A DNA stretch of 63,604 nt, the filler included. It is 6 parts of 6 records of this genome, joined end to end, with 100 filler letters (N's around TTAATTAATTAA, not from the genome) between each part and the next. Parts side by side here need not be neighbours in the genome. Positions count along the whole stretch, not along the records: positions 32,972 to 58,462 come from SRR31156797_10398; 5 more parts are not named here. One strand, 5' to 3'. Within the stretch, counting starts at the first letter, position 1; each line of letters opens with the position of its first letter. The notes under the pieces were generated by a model. The model saw only the letters and a list, made by a program, of their open reading frames with translations, was not told the origin of the DNA and did no database searches. Of this stretch, positions 38,121-49,386 are shown in pieces. Position numbers and translations under genes: made by a program.

Positions 38121-39098
38121 GTGGAGTTTGGAAGTTTAAAAAATAGTTGGTATCTAATTTTACTTATAATTATTTCAATTTTTTTAATTCTTGGATTTAG
38201 AAAAAAATCACTTATAAAAGAAAAATTAGGACTTTCAATAAACAAATTTTTAGAGTTATTTTCAATAATCGGAATTATAATCTCACTATTTTTAATAATT
38301 TTTTCTTTATTGCAACCTAGAATATTAAAAGATTATGAAAAAGTTGAAGTAAAGGGTTTAGATATTTATGTCTTAGTAGATGTCTCTAAATCAATGCTTG
38401 TAGAAGATGTTGTTCCAAACAGACTTGAGAAGGCAAAAGAGAGTATTGAGAAAATTCTTGAAAATCTCAAAGGAGATAGAGTAGGTTTTATACCCTTTTC
38501 AGGCTCAGCATATATCCAGATGCCTTTAACAGATGATTATAGCATGGCTAATTTATTCTTAGATGTGATCGATACCGAGTTAATAAGCGGTGGTGGAACA
38601 AATATTGAAGCAGCTCTCAGGCTTGCGGATAAATCTTTTAAAAATAGTGGAAGTAGTGAAAAGATAGTTTTAGTTATTTCTGACGGTGATGAGCATGACA
38701 ATAACTCCATAGAGTTTGCAAAGAGTGAAGGAGAGGATATTAAAATCTTTACTCTGGGTATAGGAACTCAGGATGGTGGATTAATTCCACAGACTATAAA
38801 AGGTGAAAATAGAGGTTTTGTTAAAGATGAAAATGGAAGCACGGTTGTAGCAAAACTGTCTACGAAAACACTTAATGATCTTGCACAGGCAGGAAACGGT
38901 AAAATTTATCTAAGTAATAACTTTAATGATGGTATTGATAAATTCATTATGGATATTAGTACTTTGAAAAGAGATACTAATAGAGAGGAAAAAATTAAAA
39001 AGTATAAAGAATTATATCAGTATTTTTTATTTGCAGGAGTAATTTTATTTCTTCTGTCGTATTTTGGAATTAATAGAAGAAAACAAGAGGAGTTTTAG
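38121..39098 (+). CDS. batB: BatB vWA-domain protein
   Basis: DVSKSM..DVVPNRL, PLTDD, ISDGDEH. Confidence 0.85.
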   Translation: MEFGSLKNSWYLILLIIISIFLILGFRKKSLIKEKLGLSINKFLELFSIIGIIISLFLIIFSLLQPRILKDYEKVEVKGLDIYVLVDVSKSMLVEDVVPNRLEKAKESIEKILENLKGDRVGFIPFSGSAYIQMPLTDDYSMANLFLDVIDTELISGGGTNIEAALRLADKSFKNSGSSEKIVLVISDGDEHDNNSIEFAKSEGEDIKIFTLGIGTQDGGLIPQTIKGENRGFVKDENGSTVVAKLSTKTLNDLAQAGNGKIYLSNNFNDGIDKFIMDISTLKRDTNREEKIKKYKELYQYFLFAGVILFLLSYFGINRRKQEEF

Positions 39099-39970
39099 TG
39101 ATGAAAAAAATAGTACTATTGTTATTACTTATAAATTCAATATTTTTTTCCGGATTTATTTCTCCCAAAAGAGAAGCATATAAAGAACTGAAAAAAGCTG
39201 ATCAACTGTATTCTGAGAAAAAGCTTGATGAAGCATTTGTTCTCTATAACTCTTTATTAAATAAAAATTATTATATTGATGAAGTTAAAAAAAGAATTGA
39301 TTTGATAAATTATCAAAAAGAAAATTATACTGAGTTAGATCCAGAAGCTACAGAAAATAATTATAAAGTTTTATTTAATCAAGCTAATGTGCTAAAAAAA
39401 CTGGGAGATAGTGAAGAAGAAATTGAGAAAAAAATAGAAAAATATCAGAATTCATTGCAAAAATATAAAGAAGCCATGAAATCTTCGAATGATCTTAATA
39501 TAAGAAAAAACTATGAATTTGTAAATAAGATTTTGAGCGAAATCAAAGAGCAACAAAATAAAGAAAACAAAGAAAATAAAGAAAACGAAGAACAGTCAAA
39601 AGATAATTCTCAAAAGAATAAAGATTCGGATAATCAATCAAAATCTGATCAAAACGAAGATAATAAACAGGAAAACTCTTCTGAAAATAAATCAAAAGAA
39701 AAAGATGAACAAAATAATTCAGATGAGTCTGAAGAAGATAATGAGAAAAAAACTAAGGAAGAAAAAAATAACGAAGAGAAAAGTGATGATCAAAAAAATA
39801 ATGCAGAAACAGGAAATACTGGTAATGAAAGTGATGAGAAGATAGATGAAAATAAACTAGAGGAAATACTGTATCATTTGAAAAAACTTGAGATGAACGA
39901 AAAAGAGGATTTGAAAAACAATCAACGTGTATTAAGAGGAGAAACAGATGAAAAGAGTAAAAACTGGTAG
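39098..39970 (+). CDS. batC: BatC-like TPR protein
   Basis: TPR-like helices, low-complexity charged linker, terminal W; synteny. Confidence 0.72.
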   Translation: MMKKIVLLLLLINSIFFSGFISPKREAYKELKKADQLYSEKKLDEAFVLYNSLLNKNYYIDEVKKRIDLINYQKENYTELDPEATENNYKVLFNQANVLKKLGDSEEEIEKKIEKYQNSLQKYKEAMKSSNDLNIRKNYEFVNKILSEIKEQQNKENKENKENEEQSKDNSQKNKDSDNQSKSDQNEDNKQENSSENKSKEKDEQNNSDESEEDNEKKTKEEKNNEEKSDDQKNNAETGNTGNESDEKIDENKLEEILYHLKKLEMNEKEDLKNNQRVLRGETDEKSKNW

Positions 39971-39983
39971 AGAGGGGTAGAGC

Positions 39984-41570
39984 ATGAAGAAGTATACATT
40001 AATTCTTTTTCTTTTAGTAAAAAGTTTTGTGTTTTCAGAATTAATTTTAGATATAAATGATACAACACTGGTTAGTGGAGAAACGGCAATTTTAAGTGTT
40101 GTAGTCAAAGATCAAAAACTTTCTAATTTTGAAATTGAAGGGATAGAAAATTTTAAAGTATTATCAAAAGGACAGAGTAGTAGTACTCAGATAACTAATG
40201 GTAAAAAAAGTAGTTCCAAAACATATCAGTATAGAATTCTTCCTCTTGCTGATGGAGAGTTTGAATTAAAAGTAGTAGGTAACTATAAAAAAGATAAATT
40301 TGAGAGTAATATATTAAATATTGAAGTAAAGCAAAGCTTTGAACGAAGTGAAGTAGATTTGAATTTTTATATGGAGTCAAACATTCCAAAGGAAAAATAC
40401 TATTTTGGAGAAAAAATAATTTTAAGTGAACATTTAATTACAACTGTAAATCTTGAAGGTTTTGGTTTTGTAGATAATGCAAAATACTCTGATTTTACCG
40501 AAAAGGATATAACACAAAAAGGTTATGAAGGAAAAATGATCAGAATAAACGGTAAAAAAGCTGCAGATTATACTGTGTATAAAGCTATTTTGGAACCTCT
40601 TAGAAGTGGTGAGTTTATTATTCCTTCCAGAACTTTCCAGGTTAATACAAGAGATACCAGCTCAATTTTTTCCGATATTAAGCCACACTATTTACAAACT
40701 AAAGCGAAAGAAGTTGAAATTTTAGAATTACCGGAAACTGATAAACCTAATAATTTTAGTGGAGCAATAGGTGTAGTAAAAGCAGATTATAAGTTTGATA
40801 AAACAGAAGCAGATTTTGGTGAAGCAATAACCTTGATAGTTAAATTGAGAGGAAATGCCAATCTTGATACTTTACAAGAGTTAATAAGTGAAAATATACC
40901 TGGTATAAAAGTATATCAAAATGTAAAAGATATCAAAGAGTATGTTGCTGCAGATAACTATACAGTTGAAAAAGACTATGAAATTGTCTTTATTCCTCAA
41001 AACTCTGGAGACTTAACTATTCCCGAAATTAAAATCCCATACTTTAATACTAATACAGAAAAATATGATGAAATTATACTTCCGAAACAGATATTAAGTA
41101 TAAATGGAGCAACAGTTAAAGAGAATACAGATCAACTAATAACTCAAAATTTTCAAAATGCTGAAATAACTGTTTCTCAAATTAATACAGTTAATAAAGA
41201 AGAGAGTGCAGAAAGTTATTTAGTATGGCTAATAATATTGGCTGTAACAAATCTAATTACTCTTATTGCTTTGATAGTGCTGCTTTTTAAGAATAAAAAA
41301 GCAAAAGAAACTGGATATGATTTCAAACAACTTAAAAATAAAATAAAAAAATCTAATAATATTAATGAACTTTATAATTTGTATAATGAAGCAATAAAGT
41401 TAAAATTTAGCTTAAGCATTAAGAGTTATAGTTCAGAGCAAATAACTAGAGAAATAGGTGAAGAAAAAGGAATAGAAATTGCTAACATTATAAAAGAATT
41501 AGAAGCACTTAAATATTTTAATAAAACTCCTAATAAAGAATTAAAAGAAAAAATGATAAAAACTCTATAA
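39984..41570 (+). CDS. batD: BatD oxygen-tolerance protein
   Basis: SSSTQITNG, P.NFSGAIG, YFNT..EKY; synteny. Confidence 0.82.
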   Translation: MKKYTLILFLLVKSFVFSELILDINDTTLVSGETAILSVVVKDQKLSNFEIEGIENFKVLSKGQSSSTQITNGKKSSSKTYQYRILPLADGEFELKVVGNYKKDKFESNILNIEVKQSFERSEVDLNFYMESNIPKEKYYFGEKIILSEHLITTVNLEGFGFVDNAKYSDFTEKDITQKGYEGKMIRINGKKAADYTVYKAILEPLRSGEFIIPSRTFQVNTRDTSSIFSDIKPHYLQTKAKEVEILELPETDKPNNFSGAIGVVKADYKFDKTEADFGEAITLIVKLRGNANLDTLQELISENIPGIKVYQNVKDIKEYVAADNYTVEKDYEIVFIPQNSGDLTIPEIKIPYFNTNTEKYDEIILPKQILSINGATVKENTDQLITQNFQNAEITVSQINTVNKEESAESYLVWLIILAVTNLITLIALIVLLFKNKKAKETGYDFKQLKNKIKKSNNINELYNLYNEAIKLKFSLSIKSYSSEQITREIGEEKGIEIANIIKELEALKYFNKTPNKELKEKMIKTL

Positions 41571-41639
41571 AAGATTAGTAAAAATAATTTCATTAAAGTA
41601 GTTCTTAAGGTATAATGAAGTGTAAATAACTGTTGAAAG

Positions 41640-43826
41640 GTGAGACAGATGAAAAGAAACTTGGTAATTGTATTTATACTTTTAAATATATTTGTTTTAG
41701 CTGAAGAACGCCCGAAAATAGGTTTAGTACTGGGTGGCGGCGGTGGAAAAGGTTTTTTCCATATTGGTGTTTTAAAAGTTTTAGAAGAAGAGCAAATCCC
41801 GATTGACTACATAGCAGGAAACAGTATAGGAGCTATTATCGGCGGATTTTATGCTATGGGATATAGTGCTGCGGAACTTGAGCAGATAGTAAATGAAATA
41901 GACTGGGATAATGTGTTTAACGATAACCCATCACGAAGAGATAAACCTATGGAGGAAAAAATATTCTCTGAAAGATACGCATTTAGTATGCCATATAAAG
42001 GCTTAAAGTTTGAGTTGCCTCAAGGTGTTGTAAGAGGTGAATCAACATATCTAATGCTGAAAAAATACACTTGGCCAGCCAGAAATATAAAGAATTTTGA
42101 TAATTTTCCAATACCCTTTAGATGTGTAGCCGGGGATTTATTAACCGGAGAAGCTGTTGTATTTGACCAGGGAGATGTGGCAAAAGCAATAGCTGCCAGT
42201 ATGGCTATTCCAACTATATTTACTCCTGTGGAGATTGATGGAAGATTATATTGTGATGGTTTAATAGTTAGAAACTTGCCGGTACAAGAAGCTCTTGATA
42301 TGGGTGCAGACAAAATTATAGCAGTAGACGTTGGAACGATCAGTGATAATGTTGGAGATCTTTCGGCAGTAGGAATACTTAACCATATTGTTGCATTTAG
42401 AGGAAATGATTCGACAATTGAAGAGTCAGAAAAAGCAAGACAAAACGGAGTATTAATAAAATCTGAAAAAATATATGACTATTCATCAACAGATTATGAT
42501 AAAAGAAATGAGTTGATTGCTCTCGGAGAAAGAACGGCGAGAGAACATATTGAGGAGTTAAGAAAACTAGCTAATCCTGAAAAATATCAGGAAAGATATT
42601 CAATTGTAGAAGATATGAATACTGTTTCAAGAGTTTATATTAGTGAAGTTGAAGTTAAAGGCTTAAAAGACCTTGATGAAACAGTAGTATACTCATTCTT
42701 TAATAGAAGTCTTCCGTTTTATACAACTCAGCAGGAGATGGAAGATTTAATTAAAAGTTTGGATTCTACAGGTTATTTTAGAAAAATTTATTATGAGATC
42801 GATGGAGAAACTCTTATTATTCAGGTTGATGAGAGAGCGCAGAATAACTTAAGAGTCGGAATTAATGTTAATAATGATGAAGGTACATCAATTATATTTA
42901 ATACTGATATAAACAGTATAGGTATACAAGGATTTAAAACAGTAATTGATATTGAAGCTTCACAGTACCCTAGGATTTCACTGCAACAATTTTTATATTA
43001 TGGAATCAATAACTTATATGGAACTATTTTACAGGCTGAATATGATGTAGATGAGTTTGATGTAAAGAGTAGTAATGATTTTTATAACAGGTCGTTTTCT
43101 TTAGATGCCTTTGCTGGAACAATAACCAAAACAACATCTTTAGTGGGAGTAGGTATTAGACAGGATTATCATACTTATAATTATGATGAGGGAGAGATAT
43201 CTGATGAAGATCCAGTTGCTTATTTTTATATGAAATGGCGAACTGATACATTTGATGAAGCAGTTTTTCCTGAACAGGGAATGAATGTTGGTTTAGACTA
43301 TAAATACAGTATTTCCAATCAGGAGCAGATAGCAGGAGATTCAGATGACCCGTCATATCAATTAACGGAAGGATACCAGTTTGATGCTTTAAACTTTGAT
43401 TTTCTTAGTCACAGTCAAATTTTTTCAGATAGATTATCTATAATAGCAGGTTTTGATTACGCATATTTTAAAAATAGAAAAAATGAAGAAGAAACAATTC
43501 TTTATAACTATTATCCAAAACTTGGAGGAATAGGAAGAAGTACAGACAGTATTGAATTTGTTGGATTGGAGAAAGCAAGTATAGCAACAAAAGAAGTTAC
43601 TTCATATCAAGGCGGCCTTCAATACGAACTTGGAGGAAATCTCTATATAGTGTATAAATCAAACGTTGCAGAATATTATGACATAAATGATGAGTACAAA
43701 AAAATTAATGGTCAGGGGATTACACTTGGAATGAGAACTTTGTTTGGTCCTTTGGATTTTACGATGATGAATGATGCCCAAAATGGTGGTACGATTTATC
43801 ATTTTAACTTTGGATTTAGGTTATAA
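41640..43826 (+). CDS. Patatin-POTRA-beta-barrel phospholipase (type Vd secretion, PlpD/FplA-like)
   Basis: GGGGKG, GNSIG, DG catalytic motifs; POTRA-like segment; ends FNFGFRL. Confidence 0.85.
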   Translation: MRQMKRNLVIVFILLNIFVLAEERPKIGLVLGGGGGKGFFHIGVLKVLEEEQIPIDYIAGNSIGAIIGGFYAMGYSAAELEQIVNEIDWDNVFNDNPSRRDKPMEEKIFSERYAFSMPYKGLKFELPQGVVRGESTYLMLKKYTWPARNIKNFDNFPIPFRCVAGDLLTGEAVVFDQGDVAKAIAASMAIPTIFTPVEIDGRLYCDGLIVRNLPVQEALDMGADKIIAVDVGTISDNVGDLSAVGILNHIVAFRGNDSTIEESEKARQNGVLIKSEKIYDYSSTDYDKRNELIALGERTAREHIEELRKLANPEKYQERYSIVEDMNTVSRVYISEVEVKGLKDLDETVVYSFFNRSLPFYTTQQEMEDLIKSLDSTGYFRKIYYEIDGETLIIQVDERAQNNLRVGINVNNDEGTSIIFNTDINSIGIQGFKTVIDIEASQYPRISLQQFLYYGINNLYGTILQAEYDVDEFDVKSSNDFYNRSFSLDAFAGTITKTTSLVGVGIRQDYHTYNYDEGEISDEDPVAYFYMKWRTDTFDEAVFPEQGMNVGLDYKYSISNQEQIAGDSDDPSYQLTEGYQFDALNFDFLSHSQIFSDRLSIIAGFDYAYFKNRKNEEETILYNYYPKLGGIGRSTDSIEFVGLEKASIATKEVTSYQGGLQYELGGNLYIVYKSNVAEYYDINDEYKKINGQGITLGMRTLFGPLDFTMMNDAQNGGTIYHFNFGFRL

Positions 43827-43837
43827 TAGAAAAAAAT

Positions 43838-43882
43838 AAAATAAAAATTCCTTTGGTTTAGTTACCAAAGGAATTTTTATTT
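43838..43882. terminator. Bidirectional terminator
   Basis: AAATAAAAATTCCTTTGGT...ACCAAAGGAATTTTTATTT. Confidence 0.85.
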
Positions 43883-43894
43883 TAATATTAGATT

Positions 43895-44692
43895 TTAATT
43901 ATACCAGTGATCTTTTGCTTTAGTTTTAAGTTTTTTAAGAGCCATTATTTGAATTTGCCTAATTCTTTCTCTAGTTAGACTTAGTCTTTCACCAATTTGC
44001 TCCAAAGTTAAAACGTTATTATTAAATAAGCCAAATCTATAGATGATAACTTGTTTTTCTTTATCATTTAATCTATTAATTAGATTTTGAAGCTCAGTGT
44101 ATTCATATTCAAGGAAAAGATCATCTTCAAAGAATGATTCGTCAGGGATCATACTATGAAGAGTAACGTTGTCTTTGAATGATTCTTCAAAAGATATATG
44201 GCTTTGATCAATTAACGCAAGATATTTTTTTACGTCTTTTAATTTAAATTCAAGCTTTTCAGCAATAATCTCATGAGTTGGAAGGTGTTCATTTTCAGAT
44301 TTATATCTTTGCATAAATTTTGTGATCTTCGAAATATTATCATGGACATATGCAGGATATCTCATAATACCTTTAGTTGTTGATAAAGCTCTTAAGATTG
44401 ATTGTTTAATCCACCAAGTTGCATAAGTAGAAAATCTTTTACCAAAATCAGGATTAAATTTTTCTACAGCTTTAATTAGTCCGATATTACCTTCCTGAAT
44501 CAAATCTTGTAGAGGTAAACCAACATTAAAATACTTTTTTGCAACACTTACAACGAGTCTTAAGTTTGAATTAATTAGACGATCTCTTGCCTCCTGGTCG
44601 CCGCTTAAGGCTAATCTAGAAAGCTCATATTCCTCTTCTCTAGTTAATAGAGGATAGTAGCTGATATCTTTGAGATATTCAGAAATATACAT
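43895..44692 (-). CDS. Sigma-70 family factor (RpoD/RpoS-like, no region 1.1)
   Basis: [38 protein letters not shown]. Confidence 0.9.
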   Translation of the reverse strand: MYISEYLKDISYYPLLTREEEYELSRLALSGDQEARDRLINSNLRLVVSVAKKYFNVGLPLQDLIQEGNIGLIKAVEKFNPDFGKRFSTYATWWIKQSILRALSTTKGIMRYPAYVHDNISKITKFMQRYKSENEHLPTHEIIAEKLEFKLKDVKKYLALIDQSHISFEESFKDNVTLHSMIPDESFFEDDLFLEYEYTELQNLINRLNDKEKQVIIYRFGLFNNNVLTLEQIGERLSLTRERIRQIQIMALKKLKTKAKDHWYN

Positions 44693-44947
44693 TATGGCAT
44701 GCCCTCCTGTTTAAATATGATATATATATTATTAAAAATACAAAATTAAATTCACTTTACAATATCAAAAATTCATAATCTGGAATTACGCTTATTTTAG
44801 TACACTTTTTAAATTAAAAGCCTTTTATGTAAGTGCGGAAAAAAACCACACTATATTAATATATGCAGAAAACATAAAAATCCTTCTTAGAAATATAGAA
44901 TTTTTTTTTATTTTATGTTAGACTATAAGGAAGCAGGGGGAAAATCT

Positions 44948-45520
44948 ATGATTATAATGGGTATTGATCCGGGAACAGCAATTGTTGGTTACGGAATTAT
45001 TAAATACGAACAGAGAAAATTCACTGTTTTGGATTACGGATGTATCTATACGGATAAAGATCTTGAGATGCCAAAACGGCTTAATATAATATATGATGAG
45101 TTAGAAAAAATAATAAAAAAATACAATCCTGTTTCCATAGCGATAGAGGAAATTTTTTATTTCAAAAATAATAAAACAGTAATCAGTGTTAGTCAGGCCA
45201 GAGGAGTGATTATACTTTGCTGTGAAAGAAACGGTATTGAGACAGCGTCTTATACACCTTTGCAGGTGAAAATGGGTATTACAGGTTATGGAAGAGCTGA
45301 GAAAATGCAGATACAGCAAATGGTGCAAAGAATGTTGAAGTTAGCAGAGCTCCCTCAACCGGATGATGCTGCAGATGCTTTAGCAATTGCTATAACGCAT
45401 ATAAATAATCGGAGCTCCAAACTGGGAGCTTTAGTTAATGCAAAAGGATCGATTAATACAAAAAAAATAAAAGGTAAAATGACAGCAGAAGAATATAGAA
45501 AATTAATTTCAGGGAGATAA
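44948..45520 (+). CDS. ruvC: Holliday junction resolvase RuvC
   Basis: GIDPG, QARGV, YTPLQVK..ITGYG.A.K, DDAADALA. Confidence 0.95.
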   Translation: MIIMGIDPGTAIVGYGIIKYEQRKFTVLDYGCIYTDKDLEMPKRLNIIYDELEKIIKKYNPVSIAIEEIFYFKNNKTVISVSQARGVIILCCERNGIETASYTPLQVKMGITGYGRAEKMQIQQMVQRMLKLAELPQPDDAADALAIAITHINNRSSKLGALVNAKGSINTKKIKGKMTAEEYRKLISGR

Positions 45521-45523
45521 ATT

Positions 45524-48500
45524 ATGAAGAAAGTACCTTTACGAGGAAAGATACTTGTATTAAATATATTTTTACTGATTATAATATTAACAGCTAATAA
45601 TATATATTTAAAAAGTACTTTGAATGGAGTTTTTCTAAAATTTAATAAAAATGTTGAGCTGGAAATAAGAAATATTCTTGATGAGGGAACTGTTGAGAAC
45701 GCAGAGAAACTTCAGGGTATTTTGAAAGAACTTGATGATGATCGAAATGAAGTAATGTCTTTCCTTGATAGGAGGATACTACTTATAACGATTGCTTTTT
45801 TAGTTACTGCGATGTTTATCTATTATTTTATGGCAGATAAAATATCTAAGCCTATTCGTGAGATATTGGAAACTATTGATACAGTGACAAAAGGAAATCT
45901 TAAGAAAAGAGCAAAAGTTTATGAAAATGATCATTTAGGCGATGTTGCGGAGAAATTGAATTCACTAATTGAAAATTTAAACTCTGTAGAAAAAATGAAA
46001 AAAGAGTTTTTGGCACGTAATCTGAATGAGCTCAGAACACCTTTAAGTGGAATTCTTGGGATAAGTGAGTCCCTTCTTGATGAAGATTTGGGCCAACTTA
46101 ATTTTCAACAGAAAAGTAATCTGGAATTAATAAATGAAAATTCCAGCAGATTAATTAAAGTAGTTAACAGGCTTACTGATTTTTCAATTTTGAATAAAAA
46201 AGAAACAAAGTTAGAATTAAGAACAGTTAATATTAGAAAATTAATTGATGAAAGTATATTAACATTATCAAGTAAACTAAGAGAAAAAAATATTATTGTT
46301 AAAAATAATATTCCGGAGAATTTGGCGTTTGTTAGAGGTGATAATAACGGTCTCTATCAAATATTCAATAATATAATAGAAAATTCTATTAAATTCACTG
46401 AAGCCGGAGAGATAATAATTACCGCGGAAGAGTTTGTTGAAACAATAGAGATAAGTGTTATAGATACAGGAACGGGAATTCCGCAAAGTAAATTAGAAAA
46501 TATTTTTGATAGTTTTGAAAAAGCTACTGAAAAAGAGGGAACAGGGCTTGGATTAAGCATTACGAAAAAGCTTGTTGAACTACATGGCGGAAGAATAGGT
46601 ATTGATTCTGAAGTGGGTAGAGGGACGACTGTAAGCATAATATTCCAGAGAAGTTTTGAAAAATTTAATAAAGAGAAACAACTATTAGATAAAATTAGGC
46701 AAGAAGTAGAAGCATCAAATATGGCAAATTCTATTAGTGCCCAACATAAAATATTAATAGTGGAAAATGATCCTGTTAATTTACAGGTAATAGTAAATTA
46801 TCTATCAACAAGGAGTTATTCACTTCACGTAGCGACAAGTATAAATGAGATGTTTAAATTTCTTGCAATTGATAACTTTGATCTAATAGTAATAGATTCT
46901 ATGGTTTCAGATGTAACGGGACATGAAGTAGTTAAAAAAATTAGAAGAAGATTTTCTGCGTTCAAACTTCCGGTTGTGATGTTGTTTACTCAGGGTAGTG
47001 CGATGAATTTGTCGAAATATTTTGAAAACGGATTAAACGAATATGTAGAAAAACCACTTCATAAAAAAGAGTTCTTGATCAAAGTTGATTCGATGCTGAG
47101 ACTTAAAAACTCCCTTGAAGAGGTAATGAATGTAAATAAAAAATATATTCAAGAGAAAAAAGAGAGAATAGTTGCAGAAAATCTTAGAAATATCCATACA
47201 GAGTTAACGTCAACTCTTGATGTTAAAAAAGTATTTGCGATTTTATTCAAGAAAATTAAATATTTATTAGATTATGATAGTGCTATAGTGCTGTTAAAAC
47301 AAGATGGTAAATATAAAACTATTTTCCAAGATGGAAATTTGGATAAAGCTGAAAAAAACGATAGATTGTTCCAGAGTAGATATCTTGATCCGATTACAAA
47401 TAATGATAGACTGATTGTTTTAAATGAATATAAATGTAAAAAATATTTTGCTGATAGAGTAAAATCCGCAATTGTTTTACCTGTTAAATATGGTCAGGAT
47501 GAGAGATGTGTAATCATAATTAAGAATACTGAGAATAAATATTTTAAAAATATGGAAAAGGAAAAACTTGATAACCTTTTTTATCAAATGAATATTGCAA
47601 TAAAAAATGCAACTCTTTATCAAGAAGTTGAAGATAAAAACAGAAAACTTCAGGAGTTATTTACTAAAATCAAAACAATTGAAAAATTAGTTTCGGTAAT
47701 CTATAATGAAAAAGATAAAAAAACAGCGATTTATTATATTTTATTAATAATAATAAACAAACTTGAACTTAATTATAAAGAAGCATATTTCTTTGAGTAT
47801 AATTCAGAAAAAGAAATTTTAGAGTGTATCAGCTATTATTATAATCTTAATAGAATTTCTGATGATACAGAGGATAATGTTGCCGAGACTGAAATATGGA
47901 CAAGAAACCTGAGAATACCAACGTCAGTTGCAAATGTAATTACTGAAAAATTCTTTAGCAATAAAAATGAGTATCTATACGATGTAAGAAATGGAAGTAA
48001 TATTTTAATTGAGAAATTAGAAAATGTGACAGTTCTTCCAATCTCATATGAAAGTAATAAATACGGAGTTCTTGTTTTAGAAGGAAATGGTTTTAAAACT
48101 TTTGTTGATGACGAAGAAAAAGAGATTCTAAAAATATTTACACTTAACTTAGGAATTTATCTACATACGAAACTTTTAGAGGAAAATGAAGTTAAATATG
48201 AAAAAATTAAAACAATGGGAAAATTTGCTCAATCAATTGTACATGAGCTTAGAACACCTTTAGTTGGAATCAAAGGTTTTGCTTCAATGGTTAAGAGTAA
48301 ATTAAACACAAACAATGAAAAGTTTAAAATTTATATTGATGGAATTTTAAAAGAATCTGACAGAGTTTTGGATGTTGTTAGTCAAGTTCTTGATTATGTT
48401 GAGAGTGATGAAAACTCTTATAAATTTAAAACAGAAGACTTGCAGGAAGTTATCTTAAATATTCTAGATGGATTTAAAGAAGATATAGATGAAAATGATA

Positions 48501-48877
48501 TTGAGCTGTTACCTATGTTACAGAAAATTAAAGTTAAAACTGCTAAAATGGAGATAGAAAAAGTATTTAAACACATTATAAAAAATTCTATAGAAAACGT
48601 AGATTTTTCTAAAAATAAAAATTATCTTAAAATTGAAATGTCGGAGTTTAAGGATTTTTATAGATTAACTTTTGAAGATAACGGTGTTGGTATTAAAAAA
48701 GATATTTTAGAGAACATCTATAAGCCGCTTGTAAGTACTAAATTGCAAGGAACCGGGCTTGGTTTGACACTTGCAAAATCAATAATAGAAAAACATGGTT
48801 GGAATATTACGATTATTTCAACTCATTTAGAAAAAACAATGGTAGTTTTACAAATACCTAAAAATACAGAAATTTAA
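45524..48877 (+). CDS. Hybrid sensor kinase (TM-HAMP-HisKA*-HATPase-REC-GAF-like-HisKA-HATPase)
   Basis: NELRTPL and HELRTPL H-boxes, two GTGLGL G2 boxes, receiver DLIVID...EKP. Confidence 0.85.
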   Translation: MKKVPLRGKILVLNIFLLIIILTANNIYLKSTLNGVFLKFNKNVELEIRNILDEGTVENAEKLQGILKELDDDRNEVMSFLDRRILLITIAFLVTAMFIYYFMADKISKPIREILETIDTVTKGNLKKRAKVYENDHLGDVAEKLNSLIENLNSVEKMKKEFLARNLNELRTPLSGILGISESLLDEDLGQLNFQQKSNLELINENSSRLIKVVNRLTDFSILNKKETKLELRTVNIRKLIDESILTLSSKLREKNIIVKNNIPENLAFVRGDNNGLYQIFNNIIENSIKFTEAGEIIITAEEFVETIEISVIDTGTGIPQSKLENIFDSFEKATEKEGTGLGLSITKKLVELHGGRIGIDSEVGRGTTVSIIFQRSFEKFNKEKQLLDKIRQEVEASNMANSISAQHKILIVENDPVNLQVIVNYLSTRSYSLHVATSINEMFKFLAIDNFDLIVIDSMVSDVTGHEVVKKIRRRFSAFKLPVVMLFTQGSAMNLSKYFENGLNEYVEKPLHKKEFLIKVDSMLRLKNSLEEVMNVNKKYIQEKKERIVAENLRNIHTELTSTLDVKKVFAILFKKIKYLLDYDSAIVLLKQDGKYKTIFQDGNLDKAEKNDRLFQSRYLDPITNNDRLIVLNEYKCKKYFADRVKSAIVLPVKYGQDERCVIIIKNTENKYFKNMEKEKLDNLFYQMNIAIKNATLYQEVEDKNRKLQELFTKIKTIEKLVSVIYNEKDKKTAIYYILLIIINKLELNYKEAYFFEYNSEKEILECISYYYNLNRISDDTEDNVAETEIWTRNLRIPTSVANVITEKFFSNKNEYLYDVRNGSNILIEKLENVTVLPISYESNKYGVLVLEGNGFKTFVDDEEKEILKIFTLNLGIYLHTKLLEENEVKYEKIKTMGKFAQSIVHELRTPLVGIKGFASMVKSKLNTNNEKFKIYIDGILKESDRVLDVVSQVLDYVESDENSYKFKTEDLQEVILNILDGFKEDIDENDIELLPMLQKIKVKTAKMEIEKVFKHIIKNSIENVDFSKNKNYLKIEMSEFKDFYRLTFEDNGVGIKKDILENIYKPLVSTKLQGTGLGLTLAKSIIEKHGWNITIISTHLEKTMVVLQIPKNTEI

Positions 48878-48907
48878 TAATAAAAATTTAATGGAGGAAT
48901 AGATTTA

Positions 48908-49360
48908 ATGAATATTGTATTACTAGAACCTGAAATTCCATATAATACTGGAAATATAGGAAGAACGTGTGTATTAACAGGAACATCTTTACATCTGATT
49001 AAACCTTTAGGTTTCTCTTTAGATGAAAAACAAATTAAGAGAGCTGGTTTAGATTATTGGAAAGATGTCGATCTTCATATTCATGAAAACTTAGATGAAT
49101 TAATAGAAAAATATCCGGAATCAAAATTTTATTTTGCTACGACTAAAACAGATCAAAAATATAGTGATGTAAAGTTCGAGCATGAGGACTTTATAGTATT
49201 CGGACCTGAATCAAGAGGGGTGCCAAAAGATGTATTAAATAAATACAAGGAAACAAATATAACGATTCCTATGAAACCAGTAGGAAGATCACTTAACTTA
49301 TCTAATTCAGCTGCAATAATTTTATATGAGGCTTGTAGACAACTAGGATTTGATTTCTAA
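48908..49360 (+). CDS. trmL: tRNA (cytidine/uridine-34-2'-O)-methyltransferase
   Basis: PEIPYNTGNIGR, RAGLDYW, FGPESRG, RSLNLSN. Confidence 0.93.
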   Translation: MNIVLLEPEIPYNTGNIGRTCVLTGTSLHLIKPLGFSLDEKQIKRAGLDYWKDVDLHIHENLDELIEKYPESKFYFATTKTDQKYSDVKFEHEDFIVFGPESRGVPKDVLNKYKETNITIPMKPVGRSLNLSNSAAIILYEACRQLGFDF

Positions 49361-49386
49361 AAAAATTATGGCTTAGGAGAGAGCTT

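Noticed and set aside
39540-39860. Repetitive A-rich DNA in batC
   Set aside because: Ordinary low-complexity linker of BatC-like proteins, not a repeat array.
34597-41570. moxR-DUF58-batABCD as a new system
   Set aside because: Well-known conserved operon in its usual order.
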